Source: Macrostomum lignano (Eukaryota). Taken from it: a stretch of 64,000 bases of DNA. The notes beneath the pieces were generated by a model that was not told the origin of the DNA, made no database searches, and saw only the letters and a program-made list of their open reading frames with translations. Positions 35,001 through 51,936 of the stretch are shown here, piece after piece (positions within the stretch are counted from its first letter, which is position 1; each line of letters begins with the position of its first letter). Both the position numbers and the translations under genes were made by a program. The DNA is taken from NCBI GenBank assembly GCA_002269645.1, contig NIVC01001176.1:280245-344244 (forward strand). The letters run 5' to 3'.

Positions 35001-36639
35001 AATGAATTTATTTAAGATATAAATTGCTATCAACAAAGCAAATATAACATGTTTAATAGTATGTGGACTAATTTTATTTTTGTAATTCTTAATACTCCAC
35101 TTTTCTTAAAGCCTCAAATGTAAGCAAAATATATTTGCAACTGCTAAGTATGCTTGCATTTGCTCAAGATATGCCATATTTCCTATTTTCTTATTATCTC
35201 CATATCATTTATAAGCCATTAACTTACAATCCCATAGTCTCTAACACTTAAACTTTAAGCATAAACTTATTAGTCCTTTTAATTTCTTTTTAAGTATTTT
35301 TAATTTTTATTTGGCCTAATGCATATTTAATTGTTATGCCTCTAATCTTTCTACCTTTTTAGAGCATAACTATCCCTATTTTTTAAATGAGCCACATTTA
35401 TAATACTTAACTTGACTTATTCCCATCTTTGCCCTATATCTAAGCAACTATTTGGTATTTAAATTAACTTTCTAATTCTAATTTGAACTAACTTATCTAG
35501 TCAATTGATTTGATTTTGAATATTCCAAATGTTTGTCCCATCTCTAAATTAGGGACTTTAGACCAATATTAGGCCTATATTAGGGACTTTGTCCCTTTTA
35601 ATCAGTCTATTTTATAAGCTAACACTGTATGTGAGCAAAGAGGAATAGAAGCAGTAAGGGGAAGAAAGTGGGATTTGGAGGCCCAATAGGCAGTGTTGGC
35701 AGAGGTGGTTCATGCATCATACAAGGGTCACATGGCTAGGCTTCTTGCTTGCCAATCATCTGGGCTATTTTTAGACTTGTATGTCTTCTGCATCTGGGGA
35801 GTTATTGCCAAGACTAGATGCTTGTTCATATATCACATACATGTTGGCTGATTTCTCCTGCCCTCTTACTAATCACTCATACTTCACTTTAATAAGAATA
35901 AATCTAATAAAACCAAAATAGCCAAAAAATTTATAACAATCTTTGCAAAACTCAGACTTAGTAAAAAATGCACAATGGGACTATAAATGAATAATTTGGC
36001 TATAGCCAATGACAATGTCTAGTTTATTTTTCTTATTAAAGTAGACAAAATTTACCTCAATTATAATAAGACCTAGTATGCTACTATCTGACTACTTAAA
36101 TGTTTTTGATGACTAAAACTTGAGTGTTGGATTAGGGTTTAGATCAGTTTTTAGTAAGTATTTAAAAGTAGGCAGCAGCTTGAAATTAGGTGTTTCTTGA
36201 TATGTAATCTTTATAGTCTATATTGGCTAGGTTTAATTTGTAATTTTGTCTTTGTAAGCTAAGGTTTTATAAGAAGTACATGATATGTATATTAGTATAT
36301 ACAGTTCTGCTATTAAGGAAGCTCTATTTTGATAGGTGTGAATAATTTATTATATATAAAACCATATCAATTAGATAAATTTTTTAGTAAATGTCTACAA
36401 AACAAGTGTAAAAATTATTTTAAAATGTATATATGTACTATGCCTAAAGTAGAAGTTTTAAATGATATTAGACAATTTGTATAAAATAAGCATAGGTATT
36501 TTGCTTGATTCGAAAACATTTTGGCAGCTTTTAATTTGCTTTTTATATATTAGTACTAAGTGTTTAGTTAAGAACTTTGAGTTTTGTTTTATTCAAAGAG
36601 GTCTAGATAGAAATAAGCTTTCATTGACAATGTAAGGGA

Positions 36640-36915
36640 GCAGGTAGGTCTAGCTTGCTGCTTTGATGTGCCAGCAGCCTGGGCTCATTTCCAATTCACA
36701 TTAATTTTGTAGCTAAATTGGAATCTTTGCTAGGGTCTGCTTGTGCAGTTAGCACCCTTGAAGACCAACCACCAGGCACAATGAAGTGTATATGCCTATA
36801 TATGGATCTATGTGGTTGTGTGTGCTCAGGCAAGTTGGTATAATAGGTAATAATGCCTGTTGCCAGTTGTATAACAATTTTACTTAAACTGCACCATAGT
36901 GTATACAGCTTCTAA
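36640..36915 (+). mobile_element. Highly decayed SINE family B copy
   Basis: Colinear with 62514-62877 (GTGTGCCAGC, CACATTAATT, GCTTGTGCA, GAAGTGTAYATGC, AATGCCT) but with its CpGs mutated. Confidence 0.7.
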
Positions 36916-37384
36916 CTAAAAAACATTGATAATTCAATCAAAATTTTTGTAATTAATGTAATGATTAACTACCATTGCAGCCAAAAATGACAACATTACT
37001 TTTTGACAACCTGTCTTTACTTGGATTTTCTCCTGGAAATCTTGACCAGATTACAAGTGTAAAATACAGCCTGTAAGTTGACTTTGACTTAGTTAGTATA
37101 CTATTTGTGCTTAGTTTTTAGAGTTCCCACTAGTTTTTTTCCCTATAGCAGTGCGTTATGAGAAAATAGAAAGATTTTAAAGCAGTAATAATATGTCTAA
37201 AATCTGCACCTGCTTATTTAGGTTTAATTAGAGGTAGATTGGTCTAAATATTCCCAATTAGGAGAAAGCCAAGTGGGCAGATAAGTCTGCAGTGTGTAGT
37301 ACCTGGAAGCAGTCGTTAAGTAGTGGGGTGTATTTAATTATGGTACATTTTTACATGTCAATTTTTTTGACCCATTCAATACAG

Positions 37385-39545
37385 GAAGACTCTGCCAAAG
37401 CTGGTGCAAATGTTCCGCTTCCAGCACCGCCTGTATCTGTTTCTATTCGACAAAATCGATCCGAAAAAAGCCGCCAAAGATTTCAAACATCTGCAAGAAT
37501 TGTTAGACAAATCGAGCGAATTGGAGTTTAAAAAGCTGCTCAAACAGTGGCTATTAAATTTGCGCGATTCAGCTGGCCTGCCGCGCCTAATGCCGAGGTA
37601 TTTTGTTTCGCCCCGTCTGTGCGACCTGGTCGAGCTGTTCCTTTGCCTGTCCTTGCACGCTTTATTGTTGGATCAGCAGCGACTTTTTGGTGGGTCATTT
37701 CGGCTTTTCTTGTAATAAACTTGCTGCTCTACTTATAGTACAGTATTTCGGGCATTTGTAGACGCAGAATGCAGGACGTGTCGTATGAATGAAGGACTGG
37801 TGGGGGAGGGGAGCGGCTGAAGGACTGGTGGTGGGGGAGGAGAGCGGCTGAAGGACTGGTGGTGGGGGAGGGGAGCGGCTGAAGGACTGGTGGTGGGGGA
37901 GGGGAGCGGCTGAAGGACTGGTGGTGGGGGAGGGGAGCGGCTGAAGGACTGGTGGTGGGGGAGGGGAGCGGCTGAAGGACTGGTGGTGGGGGAGGGGAGC
38001 GGCTGAAGGACTGGTGGTGGGGGAGGGGAGCGGCTGAAGGACTGGTGGTGGGGGAGGGGAGCGGCTGAAGGACTGGTGGTGGGGGAGGGGAGCGGCTGAA
38101 GGACTGGTGGTGGGGGAGGGGAGCGGCTGAAGGACTGGTGGGGGAGGGGAGCGACTGAAGGACTGGTGGGGGATAGGAGCGGCTGAAGGACTGATGGGGG
38201 AGGGGAGCGACTGAAGGACTGGTGGGGGAAGGGAGCGGCTGAAGGACTGGTGGGGGAGGGGAGCGGCGCCCACTGGAGGTTTAGCGCATAAAAAACAATA
38301 TACGCTTAGCCATATCCCAGCCTCCCAATGCCATCCACCCACGCAGGTCTGAGTCCCAGCGACCCCATCCTGGCCCCGGCAGCCGGCCGTCCCGATACTC
38401 TTGGCCTCCGCCTGCTGGAATTGGAGACTGCCGACCTCTGCCGGCAGGCAGCCGCCTCCGCTGCCGCTCGCTCCCGCCTGGCCGACGCCAGCCAACGTCT
38501 CGGCCGCTGTCTGGCCCAGCGACTGCGCGCCATTGCGGTCGAATTGGCCGACCTGCAGCGCGAGACTGACAGCCTGCGCGAGGCCTCCCGAGAAGCCGCC
38601 GTAGCCGCTGGCTCGCCGCTGCCCGGCCGCTCGGCGCCCTGTGAATCCGACGAGCACTGCCGGCACCGAGCCGCTCGCCTGGCCCGCTGCCAGCCGGCCC
38701 TGTCGGCCGCCGATTCCGCGGCCGCCGACGCCCTGGCGCCTGGCCGGCCAATTCTGGACGCCGGTCGGGTTCAACTCGATCGACAACTGGCGCCGGTGCC
38801 GCTGCCGATGTCGCTGCCGGACAGCTTGGCCAAGCGGCTCGCCGCCACCAGTCCTGGCAGCGTCGAGCTGCTCTCCGCTGGCCGAGTTCGCCTCGCCGGC
38901 CTGCTGCGCACCGTCTCGACGGCCGTCCTGCCCGCCCTGGCCGAGCCATGGGCCTCATCGGCGGCGGCTTCCAAGTCCAAGTCGATGATGTCGACGACGC
39001 CTCCGGATCGGCGCCTGTCGGCCCTGGCCGCCTCGTTGCGCGCCTGCGAACGGGAGGCCGCCGCCTTGGCCACGTCTATCGCTGAGCACTCGCTGCCCGA
39101 GCTGGCGCTGCTCGCTGACAAGCATCGCCTAGTTTGGTCGGATGTTGATAATGCCAAAGAGAAATCTGGCATAGCAACCGTTGCTAAGGCTAAGTATCAG
39201 ACTACAGCGTCTCCAGATGCTGCTACCGTGGAGCCGGAGGTGCTGACCAGCCCGTTGCATGGCAACACTCCGCTTAGACGGGGCTCTGTGAATTTCACCC
39301 CGGTGCCTGCGGCTTCAACATCTGCTACTGAAGCTAGTCGAGTGCGTTTCCTAGATACAGATGAGGCCACTCTGACTTTGCCTAATTCTCAGCAGCAGCC
39401 TCCGGTTGGGAGGGACAGCGTTGCTAATAGCAACGAGATGGACTCGGCCACGGCTATAGAGATTGAACAGCTGATGGCCTCGTGCGATCAGCTGTTCTCA
39501 TCGAGACGAAGCGTCAGATTTGATCTGCTGGATTCTAGCGGTTGA
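37385..39545 (+). CDS. HAUS6: HAUS augmin-like complex subunit 6-like
   Basis: Exon 37385-37689 (YLFLFDKIDP...DKSSELEFKKLLKQWL...FVSP...LSLHALL, resembling the HAUS6 N-terminal domain) is spliced in phase 1 to exon 38347-39545 (coiled coil, then a low-complexity tail). The true start is uncertain. Confidence 0.65.
37790..38268 (+). repeat. G-rich 31-bp intronic minisatellite (GAAGGACTGGTGGTGGGGGAGGGGAGCGGCT)
   Basis: About 15 units. Confidence 0.93.
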
Positions 39546-41244
39546 ACAACTTTCTATTGCTGCCTGCAATTGTGTTCCGAGAGTTTTTTTTGTGCTGTGA
39601 ATTCATTCTTCGCGAAATGTTTTTCTCTGGAATAGAATTTTCCAACTCTGCTCATATTTTTATTTAATTAGGTGCTTAACGTTTATGTCGTGTTTTATAG
39701 TTGCACAGTTGTACATGTATCTGTAACATTTTTAAGTTAAGTGATACTCGTACTGTAGCAGTTATAGTCCCTAACTAGGCTGAGGCAAAGCATTTGATTG
39801 TACCAAAGTTATTTTTGTATTTAAGTATCTTGGCATACAATATGTCGTTTTTTAAATATTTAGAAATACACAATTTTATATTGCCAATTGTTCGTGTTCA
39901 TGTGTTGCTAAGCGCAAATTAATCACAATTCACCTGTTGTATGTGATCTGGGATTTTTTAAGCGTCAGAATCACAGTCCCCCAGGATGCCAAACCAAGGT
40001 GCCAGCTGGGATCCATATATATCCATACATCCATATCCATATATATATAATAAAGCCTTATGCAGACTTAATGTTTACAGATTGTTCGAGTTTCACAATT
40101 TCTAGAAGTCTTGAAACCCAAGAATCCATTATAAAACTATTTATTGATACTAAAAAAGAAATATAAGTTGCAAAATTCAAAACCGAAATTAAGTGCTACT
40201 TAACTTGTAAAGACAGTATGTTAATTTAGCATTCGGCGTCCGAATTCGGGATGTTAAAATTAAAGGTGTAATACATATAAAATGCAATGGGGAAAGACTA
40301 CATGTACTAGGTGATAGTCCATTAATGTCTAAATTGGTGCGCTATACCAAGTGAGTGGATGGTCTTACAGCAGACCGAACCAATCTGTGACCTGACTACT
40401 ACAAGAACAGTACCAGGATTCTAGTAATACAATGGATATATGAGCGTGCCATGCATATCCATATATTCTCCGTCGTCAAAACAAGGAACGAGCATCCAAG
40501 ATTAAAACCAAGTCGCATCTCCCTTTCCTGTTAGGATGAACTCAAAGTAATGTTAGTTATTTTGTAAATAGATCCCTAATAGTTAATTACATAGTGGGTA
40601 ATTTACAGATGGCTGACATGTGTAGGTAGTTGTGTTACTCCTAAATTGATTTACTCTTAAATAAAAAATATATAGGTGAATTTATTAGGCTCTAAATCAT
40701 CTACAAGCCGACAACAAGTAACATATATGCGGAACTGTCGGCCGATCCGGCCAGCGGAAATTGTGGCAAGATGTGGCAATTTTGTCGCAAAACTGACGGC
40801 TTCTTTGACATTAACGATTTTTAATTTTTAAAAAAGCTTTAAAAAATAAATATTTTTTATTTTAGAAGCCGCATAACTAATTGGAATTTCTAATGTAATA
40901 TCTAAAATCGCGCCTATAAAACGCAGAAACAAAAATATTTTGTTTAAAATAAGCACTAAAAGCAAATTTTCTTTGTTAAGTTTCCAGGAACTTGGAACTT
41001 ATTAAATACCAAATAGTAGCACTGTCAGCAACAGCAAGCCTTCCAAAGTGCTTTAACGCTAAGAAAGAGTTTTTGTTTTACAACCAAAATTCTGGTAGAA
41101 GTCAGTATTTAATCATCGGTTTTTAACTATTTACGAACGATCTAATACGATATGTCAGTAATATAAATAACAACTGAATAATATTTGATTGATTTAGGTG
41201 CATACTGCATTAAAACTCAATCACAGGAACTGGTTGTGTACAAA

Positions 41245-46620
<5,376 letters not shown>

Positions 46621-47701
46621 AGATCAGCTGGCCGGTTTGTTGTTTAATAAGCTTTTTTCTCTATTGTAAAACTGGCTTTTTGCTTCAAGTCGCGTTGCTA
46701 ATTCAGTCCAGTCAAGCCTAGATTGTTTATTACGAGCGTATTATTGTCTGTCCGCCTGTCGCTTCTGTTTTTACTTTTCTTATCGTTGTTGTCCTCAGTT
46801 CTCTTTTGGTAAATCTCCTCCGTGTGAATAGACCTATCTACCTACCTTGGTGTGTTCTGTTTAATGATTTATCATGCAATTTCGATCAGGTCATTGGTTT
46901 CCTGTTTCAACTGAAACTCTTGTATGTGTGTTTTGAACAAAGGAGACTTGTTCGTTTCTCATAGCTCATTATTATTATTACTTATTAACAATTCGTTGTA
47001 CCCTGCCGTCACGCCCCAACCCCATTATTTTAATGGCTGCTGCATCAATGCATTGATGTGCTTTGATGAAGGACTTGCAATTGTTTCGCATTAGCTAGGT
47101 AATTCAAGGGTCCCGTCCAATATTCTGGCATATGCATACGCTCGTATATTATTTATCGAAGTCAAGTTTCTTAATTGGTGATTGCCGGTGTAGTTTTAGG
47201 AGGTCTTTTGTGGTTCAAAGTGTCGTCCTTTTTTGTCCCCTTTGTATACTCTTATATAATAATTTTAGCATTGGTGAATATATTTAATTAGTGGACGCAA
47301 AGAATATCTATTGATTTAGTTTGATTAATATTTGGATTCATTTTACCTGTTTCCTAACGATTGCAGTTTGCACTGATCCGCTGTTGTCCATCGCACTCGA
47401 ACTTTACCAACCAATCAGTCAGTTGAATTAATTGTACTCTGTTTTCATTCATTTTATTTTATTCAATTTGAGTTGCTTTTTATCAGCTTTAGCTTTGGTA
47501 TCAAAGGTGGAAGTGCAGTGAGAGCCGCTATGCCGTTTTGTGTACAGTCTCCTTTGTTAAATTTTCCTCTATAATATAACAAGCTTGTCTCAATTTCTCT
47601 TTCCATAATAAACTTGATGGTTCGTCTTTTGTATGCAATTTTGTCATTCTATATTTCTATATTCTGTCAGTTTAGTAACGATGTTTAATCACTCTGTTGG
47701 T

Positions 47702-48720
47702 ATCGTCTGCACAAAATGTTTAAACTAGTGTTCAGGTTCATACTGTTTACATAGCGGCTATTATATAATATATTGAAGTTGTGACGAGCATCATTCTTTA
47801 TTTCTTTGTTTTTATAGTGCTATTGTAGTTTGTGTTGAAAGCTTTTATTATACCTGTACATGTACGAGTATGCTATGCAATAATAATTATGCGCAGGCAG
47901 ACAGGGCTCACAATAAAGTATTCAATTCTGTAAAAGCTTTCATGCAACATTATTTATTAGCAAAGCTAATTAGCTTTAGCTTTCCCTTAGTCAATGCCTG
48001 CCCCATTTTAAAGTCTGATTGGCTGAGAAGCCAATCCTGGCTATCATTGAATCAATGCCTGCCCCGTTCTAAATTCTGATTGGCTGAGAAGCCAGTCCTG
48101 GAATCCCTTAATCAATGCCTGCCCCGTTATAAATTCTGATTGGCTGAAAAGCCAGCCCTGACTATCCCTGAATCAATGCCTGTCCCTATATAAAGTCTGA
48201 TTGGCTGAGAATCGTCTGCACAAAATGTTTAAACTAGTGTTCAGGTTCATACTGTTTACATAGCGGCTATTATATAATATATTGAAGTTGTGACGAGCAT
48301 CATTCTTTATTTCTTTGTTTTTATAGTGCTATTGTAGTTTGTGTTGAAAGCTTTTATTATACCTGTACATGTACGAGTATGCTATGCAATAATAATTATG
48401 CGCAGGCAGACAGGGCTCACAATAAAGTATTCAATTCTGTAAAAGCTTTCATGCAACATTATTTATTAGCAAAGCTAATTAGCTTTAGCTTTCCCTTAGT
48501 CAATGCCTGCCCCATTTTAAAGTCTGATTGGCTGAGAAGCCAATCCTGGCTATCATTGAATCAATGCCTGCCCCGTTCTAAATTCTGATTGGCTGAGAAG
48601 CCAGTCCTGGAATCCCTTAATCAATGCCTGCCCCGTTATAAATTCTGATTGGCTGAAAAGCCAGCCCTGACTATCCCTGAATCAATGCCTGTCCCTATAT
48701 AAAGTCTGATTGGCTGAGAA
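47702..48720 (+). repeat. 509-bp tandem duplication
   Basis: 47702-48210 is repeated at 48211-48719; identical 69-aa ORFs occur at 47870 and 48379. Confidence 0.95.
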
Positions 48721-48836
48721 GCCAGTCCTGGCTATCCCTTAATCAATGCCTGCCCGTTCAAAATTCTGATTGGCTGAAAAGCCAGCCCTAACTATCCAGA
48801 AATCAATGCCTGTCCTAATGTAAAGTCTGATTGGCT
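47988..48836 (+). repeat. ~60-bp tandem subrepeat containing CTGATTGGCT
   Basis: 4 units in the first duplicate and 6 units from the second duplicate onward. Confidence 0.9.
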
Positions 48837-49536
48837 TAGGCCTATCTCTTAATGACGGGAATTTAATCCAGAATGGCTAAATAGCTCAAGTCTTAGCGCA
48901 GCAGTTTAATTAAAACTGCCAAGCAGTCTGTCTCGCTGTCCCTCTACAGTAAAAAGCTTGCAAAATTCACCAGAATGCGCGATGTTTCACTTGTGCATAA
49001 ATTTGTACTTATAAAAAGTGATTTAACCTGGTCTGTGCGAGTAATTAAGATTTACTTTATTGTAACGTAATATAAATTTATTGCAGTTGTTAAGCACTTG
49101 TTATTGTTAATAAATAAACGACTTTTAAGCTTAGACTTTTATTGTGTCCTTGACATTGTGCACTTCTAGCAAAAACAACATCTGCGACGCACACGGCGTT
49201 CTGTGTTACTTATGTAATTTTTATATTACAGCAATTGGATCGGACTAGAAAGCAGTTTATAATATCGGTAAAACTATACCAATTAACATACCAGAAACCG
49301 GCTCAACTATGGAATAAATAATATTAGTAAGGAGAACAGGGTTAGGCATACTGATACAAAATTGACGTACGTTCCTCAGGCTTGATACAATGTAATTGAT
49401 ATTAAAAATCAACCGTGAAAGTGCAGTAGAAATTTGAAGGTTTTTTTTGGACTATGGAATATGCTCGGCTTTCTGCTAGCGGCACATTTGTCAAAATTTC
49501 AAATTCCAGGAACGGGAAGGGTTGCAGTTGCAGCAG

Positions 49537-50061
49537 CTAAGGCCCAGCATCCGCCTTCTTAGCCGCAATAGCATTATTAGTTTTAATAGTCGCAATTTCG
49601 CTATCCAATTGCTGCATTCGCGCCTTCTCATTGGCCAGAGCCACCGTCAGCGACAGCGCAGATTCGAACTCGCGCCTAGCAGCCCGCAGGCTGGGCGGCG
49701 GCAGGGCGGCAAACCAGCGCAGAGCTCGGTTGCCAGATTCCGGATTGTGCGACAGCGCAAACTTGTCGCACTCGAAGCCCCACTCGGCCTTGTCGTCGTC
49801 AACAACTTCAATAGTGGCTGACGCGGCGGACATGTCGGCCTCGCAGTACTGCAGCTGGCCAAGGCAGGCTGAGCCGCCGCCGATGCCGCTGCCAGCAGCT
49901 GGCAGCGCTGAGCAGCGGGTCTTGCTGATGCCAAGCCGACCGCTGGCCAGCCGGGCCTCCAGCGAGCTGGCCAGGGCCAGGTACTGCGACACGGACTGCA
50001 TATACAGCACTAGCAGGCCGTCCAAGCGATTGTCCAGCTCATAGCCAGTGCTGATTGACAT
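49537..50061 (-). CDS. CCDC115: Vacuolar ATPase assembly factor Vma22/CCDC115-like, single exon
   Basis: LDGLLVLYMQSVSQY...LASGRLGISKTR...LGQLQY...ALRWFAALPPPSLRAARREFESALSL matches the Vma22 family pattern (L.WFG.L.P..LR.AQ..F). Confidence 0.8.
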   Translation of the reverse strand: MSISTGYELDNRLDGLLVLYMQSVSQYLALASSLEARLASGRLGISKTRCSALPAAGSGIGGGSACLGQLQYCEADMSAASATIEVVDDDKAEWGFECDKFALSHNPESGNRALRWFAALPPPSLRAARREFESALSLTVALANEKARMQQLDSEIATIKTNNAIAAKKADAGP

Positions 50062-50080
50062 CTCAATGTCCGAAAAGAGC

Positions 50081-50258
50081 AAGCTGATAAAAATAGGATA
50101 GAAAATCGAATATAATAACGGGTGTTAATTACTGTTGATTACACTTTATTCTGCAGCCTACTTGGGCTTAAGCTGATAAAAATAGGATAGAAAATCGAAT
50201 ATAATAACGGGTGTTAATTACTGTTGATTACACTTTATTCTACAGCCTACTTGGGCTT
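50081..50258. repeat. 89-bp tandem duplication just upstream of CCDC115
   Basis: AAGCTGATAAAAATAGG...CTACTTGGGCTT occurs twice (50081, 50170). Confidence 0.9.
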
Positions 50259-51488
50259 AACGCATCAAGTTTAATCATAATCAAACTAAGCAGGTGGTTT
50301 TTTGCGACATCACATCATCCCACAATCAGCGCTGAGGCACATCCAAGTACAGCGGCCCTTTGACTTTCTAATCGTCAGACGTGTAAACACTCTGTGCCTT
50401 GGGTTGGCCCCTTGGATGAACTAAAGCTTTAATTTCATTTGTCTATGGTCGCAGCCTCTGCCGCTACAATCAATTTTCATTTAGCTCGTAATTAGATCCA
50501 AAGAAGCAACTTGGCTCTATACGCGAGACTTGGCTCATCCAAATCTTGTACGTTATGTTGTCTCGTTCATCGGGTTTCAAAGCAAGGACCACTGTAGTAT
50601 AACACAACAGGACGTAAAACTCAAAGATCGTGTGATTTTTAGGAGACCAATTTCCTGAAAAATACACTGCGGAGATTATACGATTAATTATACATGTAAA
50701 CTATAGATAATACTATATTATACTACAGTGGTCCTTGCTTCACAGCCAGCTTCTTATTGAGCTTGCCACTGCATTGTACAGCCGTAGTGGCAGTGCAGTG
50801 GCAGATTTAGCGACCATAAATTAACAAATAAAATTAAAAGCTTTGTCCCTATTGCACTTCTTGCCTAGATTAGATTCAATTTTCAAAGCTGGAAAGCTCC
50901 CAGCTTAGCTATGTTAAACTTCAACATGGCACCAGCAGCAAGCCAAAAATAACCTATATATACGATGTTCAACAGCTGAGGGACAGCGCTAGTCTCTTTA
51001 TAATACTACTAATAATAAGGACAGTAGTGCATTCGGAGTTTGATGATAATGATGATTAATAAAAAGTGAAGCGCGCATAATGTCTATTCATATTTGGGCA
51101 CACATGAATAGTATATTAGTGAAAATTTATTTTAAATCCCTTTTTATTGTTATGTTATAGTAAGTTTAAACAGAAAGCATTTTTATTATAATTTATATAC
51201 CGTTATTAAAAAAAGTAATCAATCAACAATTTAAGGAAATGAGACGAATTTGGATGGGAAGTCATGTGAGACTTGGGCAGGTGGGAGTGGAAAAATTGGC
51301 TAGGATATGGGGATCCGGGATGATTTGTGTGGGATGAAATCAATGACTTAAACATATAGAAATGAACTATAAAGAAGTTACACTGGGAGAGAAACTTTAC
51401 AAATGAAATAGAGTAAGAAAATAGACACACTGAACAAATATAAGAACATTATACAAAAGAAAAAAATGTCCTATTAGCTAGATTAGCT

Positions 51489-51936
51489 CAAAGATACTAG
51501 AATAACTAGATGGGCCACTCAGCGCATTTGCGTGTTAACTACTTTCAGTTTAGTAGTAAGTTAAACCAGAAGCATTTTAATGTATTTTTAAAGCCAAGGC
51601 TTATTTATTGGCTCTTACCCTCCAGCTTAAACCTCCAACCGCGCCTTTCCACACTACCCCCCACGCCCCGCCCCAATTTTTATTGCCTTTCTCGGAATTC
51701 CAGCCTAAAGCTGCCATGTAAATTTCAGTGGACTGGCTAATGTACATTATTGCTGAACCAATTAGCAAGTTGTTTACGTCTGCAAGCTTGGCTTCTAAAC
51801 TTATCAAAGTCATTTCAGCTGCCTTTATTCTTATAAAATAGCTTATGTATTCTTCTTTGCTACTGAACTGAAAGTAGAAAACTGTTTTCTAAGTATATAT
51901 GCCTGAGTGGCCCATCTAGTTATTTTAGAATCTGTG
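51489..51936. mobile_element. hAT-type MITE family 1, copy 2
   Basis: TIR core AATAACTAGATGGGCCACTCAG / CTGAGTGGCCCATCTAGTTATT with an exact 8-bp TSD GATTAGCT. Homologous to 2352-2809. Confidence 0.88.

Noticed and set aside
35640-35880. Faint C2H2 zinc-finger-like words on the minus strand (HVCDI, KP.CDPC)
   Set aside because: Broken by many stops and spacing is not convincing without a profile search.
37695-38958. Long antisense ORFs over HAUS6 (and similar ones over SLC5A7, pol, CCDC115, ATP5F1D)
   Set aside because: Expected shadow ORFs of GC-rich coding DNA and G-rich repeats.
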